Positions 12,493-32,626 of a stretch of DNA of 64,000 bases are shown here, one piece after another (the stretch's first letter is position 1; every line of letters begins with the position of its first letter). This stretch comes from the human T2T-CHM13v2.0 reference genome, Homo sapiens. The notes beneath the pieces were generated by a model that ran no database searches, had not been told where the DNA came from, and was given only the letters and a program-made list of their open reading frames with translations. The translations under genes and the position numbers were made by a program. The DNA lies in NCBI RefSeq assembly GCF_009914755.1, contig NC_060930.1; one strand, 5' to 3'.

Positions 12493-12796
12493 CTGGTCAA
12501 GGGTTATATTTTGTTTTCAATGCTATGGTAGCAAAAAAAAAAAATAAATATTTTCCTGTTCAAAAAACTTCTATGTAGCACATGTGTATGCAGGCTGAAG
12601 AATTTATGAAGGTTAAACGTTTTCTATCTTCAGACTACCAACTGGTGCTGAAATGAAGTGCGTTTCTAGATAGTATGAAATCTTGATTTACCATTATAAA
12701 ATAATACTATGAATATAAAATGATTTTTAATTTTGCCTTAAAAATAATGCTGAATTTTAAAATAATAAAACTGATTTTCTGTGTGTTTAATTCTAG

Positions 12797-12829
12797 GAAG
12801 CTCTTGTAGACTGCTACAAACCAACAGAG
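12797..12829 (+). CDS. PPP1R14C: PPP1R14C coding exon (exon 3), EALVDCYKPTE
   Basis: Acceptor ttaattctag|GAA, 33 nt, donor GAG|gtaagc; in frame with both neighbouring exons. Confidence 0.96.
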
Positions 12830-13066
12830 GTAAGCAAATCACTTTTCCTAAATGCCATGTTTGAACTGGTTTTTATTAAATCAATTTGTCTATTTTTAAA
12901 GCAAACCACAATAAGTAGGTTTGAGTGTGTGTATACCAATTAGCAATTATTATCCATGAGTGCATATGTTTGAATAGCTCTAACTTCATTATTTCTAAGC
13001 CTAAACATGTCTAGTTCAGAGATACTTAAAATTAATGGAGCAGAGTGTGTTGCTTGTGTTAGATAA

Positions 13067-13492
<426 letters not shown>

Positions 13493-13983
13493 TAAAGGCA
13501 GGTCTGTCTTTCCAAAGAGTTACCTTTATTGGGAAAAAATGTTATGCTTTGTTTAGATATTTATCAAGTGTAATGTATAAACATTATCATAAAAATGAGC
13601 ATTAATGTGATTAGACTAAAGCATTTCATGTAGACTCTCATGACTGACAGCACATAGTAGAAATTAAGGTTTTAATCAGTTATGAAAATATTAGCAAGAG
13701 AAGTACTTTCTTCCTCTGATAAATTGGAGAAATTATAAGATCCGTCAGATGTTTTGAAGTCTGTTTGTAACATCAAAGCAATGGTGATAAGACTTCTGAT
13801 TTTTGAAGAGGTCTAATTAAAAGGGGGGAGGAAAGCATGCTTTTACAAGTGTCTGATTTCAATGACTTGGTTTGGGACTAGTTACCTATTTGAGCTTTAT
13901 GCTTCCAACCTCCAGCTTTGATTACATCTTGCAGTCATAGAGATTTTTAATTTTAATTTTAGCCACCAAAATATATACTTTTA

Positions 13984-14094
13984 GACCAGGCTTGGTGGCC
14001 CACACCTGTAATCCCAGGCCAATCACTTGAGTGCAGCAGTTCAAGACCAACCTGGTCAACATGGCGAGATCTCGTCTTTTAAGAAAAAAAAATT
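13984..14094 (+). mobile_element. FLAM / Alu left monomer with internal deletion
   Basis: ggtggcccacacctgtaatccca...gttcaagaccaacctgg followed by an A tail. Confidence 0.75.
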
Positions 14095-14422
<328 letters not shown>

Positions 14423-14616
14423 TTAATGTAATACTAATACATCTGAACCCCCCCCCCCCAAAAAAAATTCTGAGGCTTATTTTAAAAAGGTAACAGTGAC
14501 TTTCTCCACCTTTCAGGCCCTTTTCCTATTTTATATTATATTTATGTATTGTATTTCTATATTTTCATAAGCAACACTTTTGCGCTTTTGGCTGTTTCCC
14601 TTCCCTGCTATTTGCT

Positions 14617-15063
<447 letters not shown>

Positions 15064-15194
15064 TAAATTAGTAGTCAAGGTTTATAATACTATGATTTAA
15101 ACAAATGTTTTTCACTGTTAAGCTAACAGTAAATATGATCATGGTTCCTTTTTGTATAGCCCTTTGTTTCTCTTGGAGTTGACAATCCTTGCCT

Positions 15195-15489
<295 letters not shown>

Positions 15490-15801
15490 TAACGCTTGTC
15501 TTTGGTTTTGTCTAATACCAATTGGTATTTTTTGTTGAACTCTCCAGTGTGTTTGTCAAACATGTAACATATTTCCTGACTGTTCAATCACATCATTACC
15601 ATCCCTCTGCCCCCAGACTTTTCTCCTGGAGCCCCTATACAACAATCTGGAGAAGTTTTTCTTTGTGTTTATGTTTTAAATTATTCTACTCTCTGCATTG
15701 TCTCTGTTTTCTCTGAATCTTACCTTTTTCTGCCTATTTTCATGTCTTTGCTGATTTTTGGTAGCATAGTCACATTTTAATATGGGGAGACAGTAAACTG
15801 A

Positions 15802-16272
<471 letters not shown>

Positions 16273-17149
16273 TAGAGTTTGACCCTCAAATTCCCTATGT
16301 GAGGGTTGACGGTCTGACTTTAGGCTTTCTGGAAGCAGAGAGGAGAAGGCAGGAGACTTTACCATTTAGCTGTTTGGGGACTAAAGCTTCTTTATTTATA
16401 GGTAGTTGGGGAATTAATATAGGAAAGCGATTTTAAATTGTGTGATGGGTTAGACAAGAAAAATAGAATTGTAGTCAAGAAAAATGATGAATGATGTAGA
16501 TGAATGAACATGTAATATGGGAGTGGAAGGGGTTGCTGCAGAGAGGAGGCCCCATTGGTCGCTGCAGACACGCATTCACTAATTTCATCAATCCCTTTTT
16601 CTTCAGTTCTCCACCTAAGTGAAGAAATTCATGCTTTGGTTATTTGGGTGAGAGAGTTTGGACTTGCAGATTTCTCTTTTGCCTGGCTTCGCAGCCAACA
16701 GTGAAATGCAGTAAAAGCACTGCATTTTCTCATGGAAATGAGCCCGTTCTCTCCCTAGGTTTTATAATGTCTAGGGAACCAATATTTACACTAGTTAGGA
16801 GCCATGCTGTTCAATGAAAATGGTGGGTCTTGCCTCCAGAGCAAAAATATTTCTCATCTGGTTTCTATACGGAGGGTCAGGAGATGAAAGAATGTATTAT
16901 TTGAACACTCTTCAGAGTTCCAAAAGCAGAAAAAGGAGCTGGAGTCTCTAACTGAACATCCCTGTGTTCTTTTTTTAGCTCCCATTTCTAGGAATGGAGA
17001 AATGATGTAAAATGCTGAGGAATTTCATTCAAGTTCACTTATCTGTTAACGGGTCATTTCAAAAAGGCTGGACACTTTTGCCTTTGAGCATATGATCACA
17101 GGAAACAGATTTTACTGGCATCTGGATTGTGATAATGACAATTAATAGC

Positions 17150-17330
17150 TTATATTTTTCCAGAGCTCTGTAGTTCACATTGCACTAACATACATTACTT
17201 TATTTAATCCTCACAATTGTCACTTTAAGTAGACAGGGTTTGGGTAGCTTGCCCGTAATGTCAGAGCAGTGAGCAAGAGAGTCAGGACTCAACCCGAGTT
17301 TCTGACACCTGATCTTGTGCTCTTTCTTTC
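17150..17330 (-). mobile_element. MIR fragment
   Basis: atttaatcctcacaa...cttgccc...ggactcaacccgag. Confidence 0.6.
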
Positions 17331-17582
17331 CAATCTGCCAGTCTTCCTAAGCTACTTGACTCAGCAAGAGGCTTAGAACTTTATAGGACTTTGCCCTGTC
17401 TGAACTAAATGCCTATCAATTAATGGTGTTCTTTTCTAAGCAGGGATCTCTAGAGGTGCTGTTATTGATCAAAATTATTTTACTTAAAATTGTTATGCCA
17501 CTTGGAAGTTAGAAATGTGAGGAAGATGTCTTTGCTGATTCAGATACTTTTATTTTATAATCCCTCATTGCAGAAGTAGGGT

Positions 17583-17745
17583 GAGTGGTGGAAAGAATAC
17601 TGGAATTTGAGTCAAAAGTCTTATGCCAATGCTAGCACTAACTGTGTGACTTCAAGCAATGTTCTCAACCTCTCTGAGTCTCCCTTTCCTCCTCTATAAA
17701 ATGGAGGTAATAATAACCATGTCTCTGCATATTGGTAAGGATTAT
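17583..17745 (+). mobile_element. MIR fragment
   Basis: ctgtgtgacttcaagcaa...aacctctctgagtctc...ctataaaatggaggtaataata. Confidence 0.7.
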
Positions 17746-17764
17746 TTGCTGTGATAATTTTTAA

Positions 17765-18071
17765 AATTTATTTTATTTTAATTTTTTTTGAGAAAGAGTC
17801 TCACTGTGTTGCCCAGGCTGCAGCGTGGTGGCACAATCTTAGCTCACTGCAGCCTCAATCTCCTGGGCTCAAGCGATCCTCCTGCCTCAGCCCCCCGGGT
17901 AGCTGAGACAACAGGTACACACCACCACACTCAGCTAATTTTTGTTATTTTTGTAGAGACAAAGTTTCTCCATGTTGCCCAGGCTAGTCTCAAACTCCCG
18001 AGCTCCAGCAGTCCACCTGCCTGGGCCTCCCAAAGTGCTGGGATTACAGGTATGAGCCGCCAAGCCTGACC
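17765..18071 (-). mobile_element. AluJ
   Basis: Reverse dimer; tgataatttt occurs on both flanks. Confidence 0.9.
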
Positions 18072-18189
18072 CACAATGATAATTTTAGTGGTGGTAACGA
18101 TAGCAATGATAATGGCTAAAAGATCACTAGGCACTTAGCAGATGCCGGGTGCTGATCTAGTCACATCTCATGTATTAACAGATTTAATC

Positions 18190-21630
<3,441 letters not shown>

Positions 21631-21755
21631 TCATTTAATCTTCACAACAAAGCTAATAGATTGACACCATTGTTGTCAGTTAAGGAATTTGAGGCATAGA
21701 AGTGTTCTGTAATTTGCCTAAATTCACACAGTTAATGAACGGAGAAGTCAGGTTA
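21631..21755 (-). mobile_element. MIR, second half (first half at ~18100-18190)
   Basis: tcatttaatcttcacaac...gaggcataga...aatttgcctaaattcacacag continues the MIR interrupted at 18190. Confidence 0.65.
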
Positions 21756-24234
21756 TGTATTAAAGCACATGACATAAAGCTTCACACATATTAGGCCCTT
21801 AGTATGCTAGTTGAATCTTATTCTGTATAAAGTAATGCTTGCCTATCACATGTTAAATATGCAAGAAGTCCAAGTTTGCCAATAATGATATTCTTGGATT
21901 ATTACATTTAAAGAGTTGACTTTAAAGAATCTTCTAATTTCCCAGAAGTGATATTGTTTTTGGTGTGTCACCTTCTGTCATATACTTTGGGTCTACGGCT
22001 TCATCCTATATGGGCCACTGGCCAATAGGGAAAGGACTTGTGTGCCCCCATTTTGATTCATATTCATTTCCCCCCCAAATCCATAGCTGACCTGACTGAT
22101 TCATATTCAGTCTGCGGACTCTTGTCATGTAAATCTTCCTGACTGCTGGGAAACACAGCAGTATAATTGTGAGCACCTCACTAATGTATGAGTGAGTGAT
22201 TAGTAAGAATGGTGATTTCATTTTTTTCCTTAAGTAAATGCCATTTCTAATGTAGTGAATATTAAAATAGATCTGACTTACAGGTAGCAAAAGGATGTTT
22301 CCATATAATGCAAGAGGCAAAAGTAATTTTATTTTGGATATTACTTGTATTTGCATGATCAGTAGTGTTAGCCTAGTGGACATGGTAAAAATCAGAGATG
22401 GGGGTCTGGAAGCCTGCTAGCCAGACTTAGGAGGAGCTGCTTCTCCTTTTTCTCACTATCTTTGCACAGTTTCCAATTTTGGGATTACAAAATAGAACCT
22501 CCATTGTACTGGGAGGATGAACAGAAAATGCATTTAATGTGGGCTTGAGGGCATCTGCCTTACCGTCTGTTAGGGGAGTTGTCTAGTCAATGAGCTTTTT
22601 TAAAAAAATCTCTTTTTATAGCTGAAGATACCTATGCCATTGCTCTTTGATAAACATCAGGTTTTTCTTTCCATGCATTTATTTTTTTTTTGAACTAGAG
22701 GTTTTGATAGAACCTATCATTGTATCAAATTATACAATGATATCAAAGCCTATACATTGATAGGCATCCATTCATCCAGGATAACTAAGTCCGAGAGTAG
22801 GTGGCAAAAGGCATTTCTGGGTTCCAGTAATCTACCAGGTAATGGAAATGTCATGGACACACACTGGTACCAGAAAGCCATGTGTGATCTGGTTTGTGAG
22901 TAGAAATCGAGCAGTGTTTTCTAAAAGGCAGGCCTGCTCTGCTGTTCTTCTCATATTGGCAGTAAGAAGGCAGAGTTTCCTTCTACCATGATTTCATGGT
23001 AACTGACTTTCAGACTAGCTTTGGTGATGGCCATTGTCAATCATTTATTTAGCATTTAAACTGATCTTTTAAAATCATTGTTCAGTTTATGGATACATGG
23101 AAGTACATTCCTTCTGCATTGAGCTGTTTACAGTGTAGAGAGAATATAAGTGGTATTTACAATACAGGAAAACCATGTGATGACTGAAAGAGACACAGCT
23201 TGGTGTTTTACAATCTTTTCTTTATTCATTTGCTCAACAAATGTGTATCGAATATCTGTGTGCCTGTAACTAATCTAGGAACTGAGACCTGGCAGGGAAC
23301 TTCTACATCCATTTTTAAAGCAACCTCTTGGAAGGCCACAGTAAACTATGGTGGAAATTTAAATGTTCAAAGAACATTTAGGAATGAAAGGACAGAAATG
23401 TCAGGCTGTGAGCTTATTCGATGGTTCTCTAAGTTAGAAACCAAATTGCTTGACAGAATGTGCTTTTTAGGGCATCTGCACTTGCTAGAGGAAGCAGTCA
23501 CATTATTCATTTCAATGGGTCTGAGTGTGTGTCCATAGGCAGGGAACTCCTTTCTTATGTCAGACCCTTTTCATCTGGCTGTCATGGGGTTTCCTCGAAA
23601 AAGACGGCAATCTTGGGCTGGGATGAGGAACAGAGCTTGAATGCTAGATTGGTGAGTTGAAAAGACACCTTTAAAAAGTTGTCACGTTTAGAACAATGTT
23701 TCTGAATAGAGAAGGAATTGAGAAGGACAGACCAGAATCAGATGAAAACTACATTTTAGTGGCTGTAGCCACTGGCTACAAAAGCCTTATAATGTTTTAG
23801 TGTCATTGGGCAGGCAAGTATTAAAGGATTGGGGTTTATTAGCCAGAAACATGTGTAGCTTTACTTAATAGCCCAAAGGATTTTGGTCCCATTATTACAA
23901 TTGCTCACATACTTTCATTAGGATTCTATGCACCAGACCTCATCTGCCCCAGGTAAAAGAGCCGTACGTGCTGGAGCTGGAATAGGACCCACATTTGAGT
24001 CCAAATCCTATGCTCTGTCAACTCTTCACTGCCTTTTCCTGAATTTTTATGAATTGAGCACAAGCTCTACTTTAGAATATTTATAAAGCTGATTAAGATT
24101 TATAAATTGAGGAAAATCAACCCAGAAATGTTAGGTAAGCTTGCTGAAGACATGCAGTCATGAAGCAAAACTCTGCATTTATTTCCTGGACTTCATTCAG
24201 CACTCTTTGTAAAGTTAGGGAACTGTCCAAAAGA

Positions 24235-24758
24235 CTGCTGTCACTTCTGGCACCAATCACAAGTTCACACGTCCTCAAAACCAACTTCAGCTTTGATAAT
24301 TTGCAAGAAGAATTCAAATATTTTATACTCATGGTTCTGGTTTATTACAGGGAAAGGCTATAGTCAAGGGAAGAGACACAGGGGACAGAGTCCAGGAAAG
24401 TGGCAAATGTGAAGCTTCCACTTGTCTCCTCCCTGTGGAATGGACAGCATTCTCTTAGCAGTGATGTGTGACAATATGCAGGAAGTATTGGCAATCTGAG
24501 AAGCTAACCTGAGCCTGGGAGTCCAGAGTTTTTACTGGGGCTTAATCACATAGACATAGTTGACTACCCATGTGGCTGACCTTGTCTCCAGCTGATACCA
24601 CATGACTCAAAGCGTCTACTCTAAATCACATCGTTAGACTATCTATCTTGGCACCGTACCCCAAGTATACGAAGATGCTTTTTTTTCAGGCAGATATTCT
24701 AAGGGCTTAGAGCTCACCTCTCAGGAGGTGAGGGCAGGTTAAATTTTTCACTATACAC
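24235..24758 (-). mobile_element. ERVL-class LTR (MER77/MER68/MER21 group)
   Basis: Reverse strand begins tgtatagtgaaaaatttaacc...ctctaagcccttagaatatc; internal ccagagtttttactggggc. Confidence 0.7.
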
Positions 24759-27689
24759 TCTTAGAAGCAGGATGACCATGAGATGGTGATGATAACAATA
24801 ATAATAATAGTGATCAGAAGAAATTAGATGGCAGTGTAGGAAAAGCCACGTGGGCCTTGCTTTTGGGTGCCTTCTTTCTCTTGATAATTAATAATTGTTA
24901 TTTTTATAAGAGACACGATAGAGGAGGCACAAGCTTTAAAGGGCAGTGGACCCGATTAGCATTTTCAAATGATTGACTGTGATTTTATGGCCTTTTCTTA
25001 TTCATTAAACTGAGAATGGCCAACCCTGTATTAGAAACAGCTCTACACTCTCTTCCTATGCTTAGACTTATCTAGACAAAAGAAAGAATATAAAATAAAG
25101 ACAATGTGACACATGACTTTAATTTCTATGTCTATAACAGAGATAGTTATAATCAAAAGTCCCCAAAAGCCCGGAAATGGGTTTCTTTTATTTAGGCAAA
25201 ATTCAGTTATTTGTAGCAAATAATACACTCCCTCATTGACAATGAATGAGAATCTTGGTGAAGTTATTTATACTTTAGTTCCTCAGTGATTTTAAAGTCG
25301 GAGATTATAATTTTGCCAAATTTACTCTATTGATTATTTACTGTGACTGGATGATATATGTGAATTTTATTTTACATTGCCCAAATTGAAAATGTAAAGA
25401 TTCTGAGACACCAGTTAGTAAGTGAGGGGAGAATTAAATGCTGTAAGATTGAATCTAGGGGAGGGTTAATGAACTGTTCTGCTGCATACAAATAGAGGTT
25501 GGGATTTGGGTAAAAAAATAAATTAGCCCAAGAACAATGGACTGAATCTATAAAATAGATTAATGGGACTTCGCTCACAGTGGAACAAATTACTATTTAA
25601 AGGCAGATAGTCTAGAAAATAAGTGGACAAACATCGTGTCAGTGGTTTTAAGTTAAAGGAGGGGGAAAAAACAGGATGTAGTTAAGACCTTCAGGAATTT
25701 ATGTTGACAGAAGTCATTTTAACAACAGCAGCCACAAACCCTTACCCATAACAGATCCATAAGCCTCCTTTCAGATAATGAAAAATAGGATCAGTTCTGG
25801 TGCGCCATGCCAGCAAATGAACCTCTCGAAAGATAAAAACAACCCCTGCCCCCCAAAAAGAAGGGGGAAATTAAATGTGTCAGTGGTGAGTGATGGTGGG
25901 CGAGAGGGCTTGCTGTGGAGCTGATTCATGCCTGTAACTTCCAGGAGCAAATCCCCGTGTCACACTGAGTTGGGGAACACCCCAAAGCTGAGCTCATCAG
26001 TACTGATTCAACTGCCTGCCTGTTTGCCCTCATCCAGGAGTTTTCAGTGTGATTTTTAAATGCCTAGCTGGTTCTTTGGGTGAGGACATTTTGCCATTTG
26101 GAACAATTTGCAGGTGTTATCCTCACCTTTTCCAAGAGGCACACACCACCTGCCCATTTTCCTCACTCATCTAAACTTTGGGCATCTGGAAATTCTTCCC
26201 TTCCCACCACCCGCTTCACACTTTGCCTGCTTCCCACCCATCTGCTAATGTCAGGCTTTTTGGAAGAAGTGTCGGGTAGCTGCTTCACAGGAAACTCACC
26301 ATGGAGTTGACTCAATTTGCTGTAAGTTGGCAGCCAGCCCCCAGGCCCAGGGCAGATGGCTCCTGTGAATGTGCACCTTGAAGGAAGTAACTGATCAGGG
26401 GCACAAAGAGGAGGCAACACGTGGGGAGTTGCATGGCCCATGTGGATCCCAGCCTTTGGAATCCTCATCTGCTGTTTCTCTCCCGTCCCCCCACCCTCTG
26501 CGTAGGGAATGGATGGGTCTTTTTTTGTTGTTGTTGTTGTTTGTTTGTCTGTTTTTGGAAAAGCTGGGTGAGCATCCGCAGTTCTTCTGGGCACCCTTTA
26601 TTAGAGCTTGCGTAATGTATACAATCACTGCCATTGGTGAGACTGTTTCCTGAGCAGGGATTTTAAGCATTTCTTCTTTTGTCAGGAAATATTTCCAATC
26701 CAAGGGCCACTGCATAATATCCATTTATCTCGTTTAGCTTTTTAAATGGCTCAAAATGCTTAAAAGAAGGACATAAGTATAGGTAATGCACAGAACAGGG
26801 ATTTGCAGTGATACTGTAGTTTCCCCTTTTCCTACTTGCCAACGGGCCCATCTTTTTAAAGCAGCACATTATCATCAATGAGAGGAACAGATGAATTACT
26901 TTGAATGACTAGGGAAGGCTACCAGATAGTTGGCTGTGGTGATAATTACAAAATGTGTGTCCATCTGCTGCTGCTGGTACTGGCTAGAGCAGGTGGGGCG
27001 CTGAGGGTGGAATATGAAAGTCATGGGCCCCAAGACGGACTAGTGCAGGGCGCAGAGCTCAGAGTAGAGGGTGGCCACTGTGATACCACGCCCCTGTGAC
27101 AGAGCCATGTGGTAGAAACTCCAGGGGGAGAGAAAGGACCTTGTGTTTTCATGGCCGCTGCCGCATCCCCTCCGAAACGTGTTTGGACTTCTTTCTTTCT
27201 TAGAAGTCTCTCAGCAGCATGTTGTATAAAGTCAGTTTTCCAAGCTCCCTGGAAATGTTGCTTGTCTTTCTATTGCCTCTTCGATGTCTCCTCTGTATTA
27301 GTATGTGTGAGTATAAAGGAACATCCAAGGCCCACCCTTCCCCTAATGCTCTGTGTCTTCCGTCACACCCCAAGTCTGGCTAGCTTCCAGTGCTCGAAGG
27401 GGCATGTCTGGAGCCTTCATAGTTCCTGGGCCGGTTGACACTTTGTCTAGTTTTTTCCTCACTCAGTTGACATTTAAAGATTTCAGTGTCTCCTCTCTCT
27501 TTTTCTTCACTTTTATGCCAGAGTTACAGGAATTAATCAGTTCATTTGTACAATCCTTTACTCTGCAAAACTTTGAGCAGCTCCTCTTATTTCTTATGCA
27601 CTCACTATGCTAGGAAGACAAAGATGAGTAAGACTTTTGGAATCATGTGGGGGTGACAAGTATGCACATGGATTATTTTGTATGCATTG

Positions 27690-28885
27690 TAACTGTGTGA
27701 AGAATATTTTGCAAATTTTCTTTCTCAGCTTGTGTATTTTGCCCAACATTAGGTGTCGGACACTTATCCTTGTTAATACAGAAAGCTGTCGTTCATTCAT
27801 TTTTATTACTGTATAGTATTTCTTTCTGTTCATACACTGTAATGTATTTATCCATTCTTCTGTTGATACTCAGGCTGTATTCAGTTTTTCATTATTATGA
27901 ACAGTGGTGCAATAAAATAACTATTATTGGCCTGTTGCCTTCCTTGTGTACAAGACTTTCTCCAAGAATATATAAGAAATGGAGTTGCTTTTAAATGTTT
28001 GCACCAGCATGCATGCCCACCAACAGGATATAAGAATTCCCTATTGAACTCATGATTTCTACACCTGGTATTGCTAAGTGTTAAAAATTTTGCCAACTGA
28101 TGCTATTTCATTGTTTCAACAAAATTTTTCCTGACTGCTAGTAAGGTTGAGACATTTTTTTTTTCCTACTTGCTTATTGGGTGTTCATGTTTCCTTCTCT
28201 GGGAATTTCCATTTTGAAATCTTTGCCCACTTTTCTTTTGAGTTGTTGGTGTTTTTCTTGTTGATTTTTAAGAGTTATTTATATATTCTAGATGACAATC
28301 CTTTGACCTTGATATAGGTTGCAAAGTTATTTTCCCAAACTGTGGAGCTTATTTTCACTTGTGTTATCTTTTGTGTACAGAAGTTTTAAATTTTAATTGA
28401 AGCCAAATTTATTAATGACATCTTTGGCTTGTGCTTTTTAAAAAAAGGCTTGTTTAAGAAATCTTTCGTGACTGTAAGGTCTTAAATACAGTCTTCCTTG
28501 TATTTGGCTTTGAAAGCTTTCACTTTCACTTTTTACACCTAGGTATTCAAACCCTCTTGAATTTGTCTTTGTATATGGTGTAAGGTAGGGATCTAATTAT
28601 GTTTTGGCCTATTGTCCCAGTCCCATTTATTGGGCAGTCAGTTCAGTGTACCCTCACTGCTCTGTAATCCACTTCTGTTGTATGTCAAGTTTCCTTATAA
28701 GTAGGGACTACTTCTGGCTATTTGTCTACCCCTGCATTTTGTCTCAATTACTAGGGCTTTAGAATAAGTTCTTAATAAAGGTCCAATAAGTCTACAATTC
28801 CTTATTCAAAGTGTCTTAACTATTCTTGAATATTTGTATTTGACTAGAATTGCATTAAATTTATAGGTTAATTTGGCGAGAGAAG
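27690..28885 (-). mobile_element. Old L1M (L1ME-like) 3'/ORF2 fragment
   Basis: Degenerate motifs such as tttatccattct, tttgcccactttt, tttgtatatggtgtaaggtagggatcta, attgcattaaatttataggttaatttgg. Confidence 0.75.
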
Positions 28886-29249
28886 AGATCTCGATGATGA
28901 TTTGTTCAGGGCACACAAAAATGGACACTGTAACTTCCTGAAGGGCAGGGACAGGTTGTAGGAACAGATGGGTAACAGTGAGTTAGTTCACTTTTGGTCA
29001 TTTGAGACTGATCTGCCCATGGGACATCTCATGGAGATCTTTGGTAGCCCCAGAAAATGTGGGTCTGGATCTCAGGGTGAAACCAGAGCTAAAGATGAGA
29101 TCTGAGTCACTAGTGTGGCTGGTAAAAGAGAGTGCCCCAAGGGGCCTGGGAACAGAGCTTTGGAGGCCAGCATTTAATCAGCAGGTGGTGGGTGGGAGTG
29201 CAAAAAGGGGAGTGAGGAGGGGCGGTTAGAGACCCAGGTGGAGAAAGTA

Positions 29250-30112
29250 CAGCAAATCTTCACTTCACATCATTGGTAGGTTCCTGGAAACTGAGATTTT
29301 AAATGAAACTACATATAAACAAAACCAATTTGACCATAGGCTAATTGATATACACGAGAGTTAAGTTCCTACGGCATATTTCTGGTCTCAAAAACATTTC
29401 CAAACTTCTAAATAAAGACCCCCAAACACTTCTAATATTAAACATTGAAATAAATGTGAGCTATATAGACATTTAAGAAAGACTAATAAAATCAAATTTG
29501 ATAATTAGTCACCCCGTTTGTGGTGAATCTGTGAGTGATAGTGATCATAGTGGCAGTGGGTTAAATCCAGGAACAAATGTGTGCAAAGTGAAAATTGTAA
29601 GGAGCGCCCCCCTCCCATCACATGGTTCCAAAATAATCAGTAACCAGTGTGGGAGACTGGCCAGGCACTTTCGGACTGCATTGTTGATTGCCATGCCTTT
29701 GAGTGATCATCATATTCTTTATGATTTTTGTTTTATAATAATTTGTATTCATTTATTTTCCACCCCTCTTTTTCCAGTTCAGTGTGGCTAGTGGCTGGAG
29801 CTCATCCTGACAGCTCAGAGCACGCACCAGGCAGGAACCAGCCCTGCAAAGGAAGGCACCCCATTGCAGGGCATGCTCACACCTGCACCCACATTCACTC
29901 ACACTGGAACGTTGTAGCTATGGCAGTTCACGTAACACACACAGCTTTGGGATGTGGGAGGAAGCCAGAGGACTGGTAAAACACTCAGGCAGACATGGGG
30001 AGAGTGTGCGAATTCCCACGCAGACAGTGGCTCTGTGGGGGAGTCTATTTTTTTTCCCCAACCTTATGTCAAAACAATGTGGAACAAACCAATGTTCTTG
30101 GAGGCCCTGCTG
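29250..30112 (-). mobile_element. MER6 (TcMar-Tigger), near full length
   Basis: 863 bp bounded by TA|cagca...tgctg|CA (degenerate TIRs and TA target); reverse strand has gccactgtctgcgtgggaattcgcac...cctcccacatcccaaag. Confidence 0.85.
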
Positions 30113-30541
30113 CAGAGGGAAGTAGGCAAGCTCCTTGAAAAACTCCCCCCAAAATTGTACTGCTATACACTCACTAGAATGACTAATATGAAAAATACTG
30201 ACAACACCAAGTGTTGGGAAAGATGTGGAAGAACTGAAATTCTCGTACCCCACTGGTGGGAGTGTAAAATGGTACAATCACTTTAGAAAACTGTGGGGAG
30301 GGGGGCGGTTTAGAAAAAGTTGAGCATACACATTCCACAACTCAGCCATTGCATTACTGAATATGGGCTCAAAAGAAACAAACAACAAAAAAAAGACCAT
30401 AAAATTACTTGTGCAATTTATTCGTAACAACTTTATTTGCAATGACGAGAACCCCAAACATTTATCAGCAGATGAATGGATAAACAAATAGCAGTCTAGC
30501 TATACAGTAGAGTACTACTCAGCAATATAAAGGATCAAGCC

Positions 30542-30897
<356 letters not shown>

Positions 30898-31059
30898 TCA
30901 GAAATATTGAGTGAAAGAAGCCAAGTAAAAAAGAATACATAAGAGGAATGATTTCATTTACATAAAATGCAAACTAATTTATAGTGACAGATTAACTGGG
31001 TTTGGGACCAGATGAGCTCTAAATGGGAATAAGACATCTTTGGTGGTGATGGAAATGTT

Positions 31060-31363
31060 TTTTCTTTGTTGTGTTTTAATAGGCAGGATCTCATTTTGTT
31101 GTCCATGCTGGAGTGCAGGAGCACGATCATAGCTCACTGCAGCCTCGAAATCCTTGGGCTCAAATGATCCTCCTGCCTCAGTCTCCTGAGTAGCTAGGAC
31201 TATAGGTGCGCACCACCACACCCAGCCAATGTTTTAAATTTTTTGTAGAGATGGGATCTCGCTTTATTACCTGGGCTGGTCTCGAATTCCTGGCCTCAAG
31301 TGATCCTTCTGCCTCAGCCTCCCAAAATGCTGGGATTGCAGGTGTGAGGCACTGCACCCAGCT
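31060..31363 (-). mobile_element. AluJ
   Basis: Reverse dimer; TSD ga(t/c)ggaaatgt. Confidence 0.9.
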
Positions 31364-32099
31364 GACGGAAATGTGCTGCATCTTGATAGTCATGGTGGTT
31401 TCCTGGGTGTAACCAATTGTCACCACTGATCAGTGATACACTTGAAATAGATGCAGTTTATTGTTCTTAACTTATTCCTCAATGAAGTTGATAACTTAAA
31501 GAGAAAAGGAAAAATAGGGGTCCTTAGCAGTGTCAAGGGACCTGGCTGGGGGCACTGGACGTGCCAATGAGGAGAGTCTTGATGATTCTGAGGGCTGCCT
31601 GGGTAGAATTTCAGTGGGCAGAAAAGTCAGCATTCCACGCACTCTATTCTTCCTTTCCTCCTTCCCCTCCTCTTTCTTCTTTTTTTCCCTGCTTTGCCTC
31701 CTTCTTAAATTCTTCTTTTCTAATTTATAAGACAGCTAGAATAGGAGGGAGATACTGAGGGCTCTGGAGATTTTTATTGTCCCCTTGGGAAGAGGCTACG
31801 GGCAGAACTGGAGGAAAAGGTTCGTCGTACTCAGGGGAGAATTTCCAGTCTAGCTGTGGACACTGACCTTTGCATGTCTTTCGTCCCTCCTCCCATACTG
31901 GAAAATGAAAGGATTGTTGTGTTTATCATAACACATTTTTGGTCATTTTAGTTTAGTTTGTAATTAGACTATAATTACCTAACCCGGTTGCTTAATAATA
32001 AAGACTTCTCACCCCAGGCAGCATGGTGCAAAGGGAATTGTGCCCTCCACCCCAGGGTGGTGATCATCCCAGGTCCCTTTGGCCTTTATATTAACCTAC

Positions 32100-32262
32100 G
32101 GTTTGAATCTTGGTCTGACCATTGAGCTGCTGTGTGACCTCAGACAAACCGCTAAACCCTTGTGAGCCTGGTTTATAATACTTGTAATGATCAAATGAGA
32201 CAGTATGTGAAAATAAACAGAGTGGCTGTCACATGAAAGGTGCCCAGTAAGTATGTGCTGTA
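32100..32262 (+). mobile_element. MIR fragment
   Basis: gtttgaatcttggtctgacca...ctgtgtgacctcagac...atcaaatgaga. Confidence 0.6.
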
Positions 32263-32587
32263 TCTGAGTCCCTGACAGATACTCAGTACCCGCGAGAGCA
32301 CGGTACTGTGCCAAGCAAACTAGAAATGCACACACATAGGAAAGAATAGTCTCGGGTGAGTGAATGCATTAAAAAGGTCCATGCGGTGCATTCTCAGATC
32401 CCAAAATAGTGCCCAGGACTGAGATGAGAGGTAGGGGCCCAGGAGTTTACTGAAGACAGGACCTTTTCATTGTTTTCCGTGAGAGGGTAAAACTTCACCT
32501 GCAGTGTGACAGCGGCCACATCCAAAGACTCAGAGGAGCCAGCATGAGGAGGAGGAGCTGAAAGCGGAGGGAGGTGGTTGGTGCCAC

Positions 32588-32626
32588 TGTGTGTGTGTGT
32601 GTGTGTGTGTGTGCGCGTGTGTGTGT
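32588..32626. repeat. (TG)n microsatellite with a CGCG interruption
   Basis: Read directly from the sequence. Confidence 0.95.

Noticed and set aside
26985-27080. CTCF-like motifs (gcaggtggggcgc, agtagagggtgg)
   Set aside because: Both deviate from the core consensus; unsupported without a PWM scan or ChIP data.
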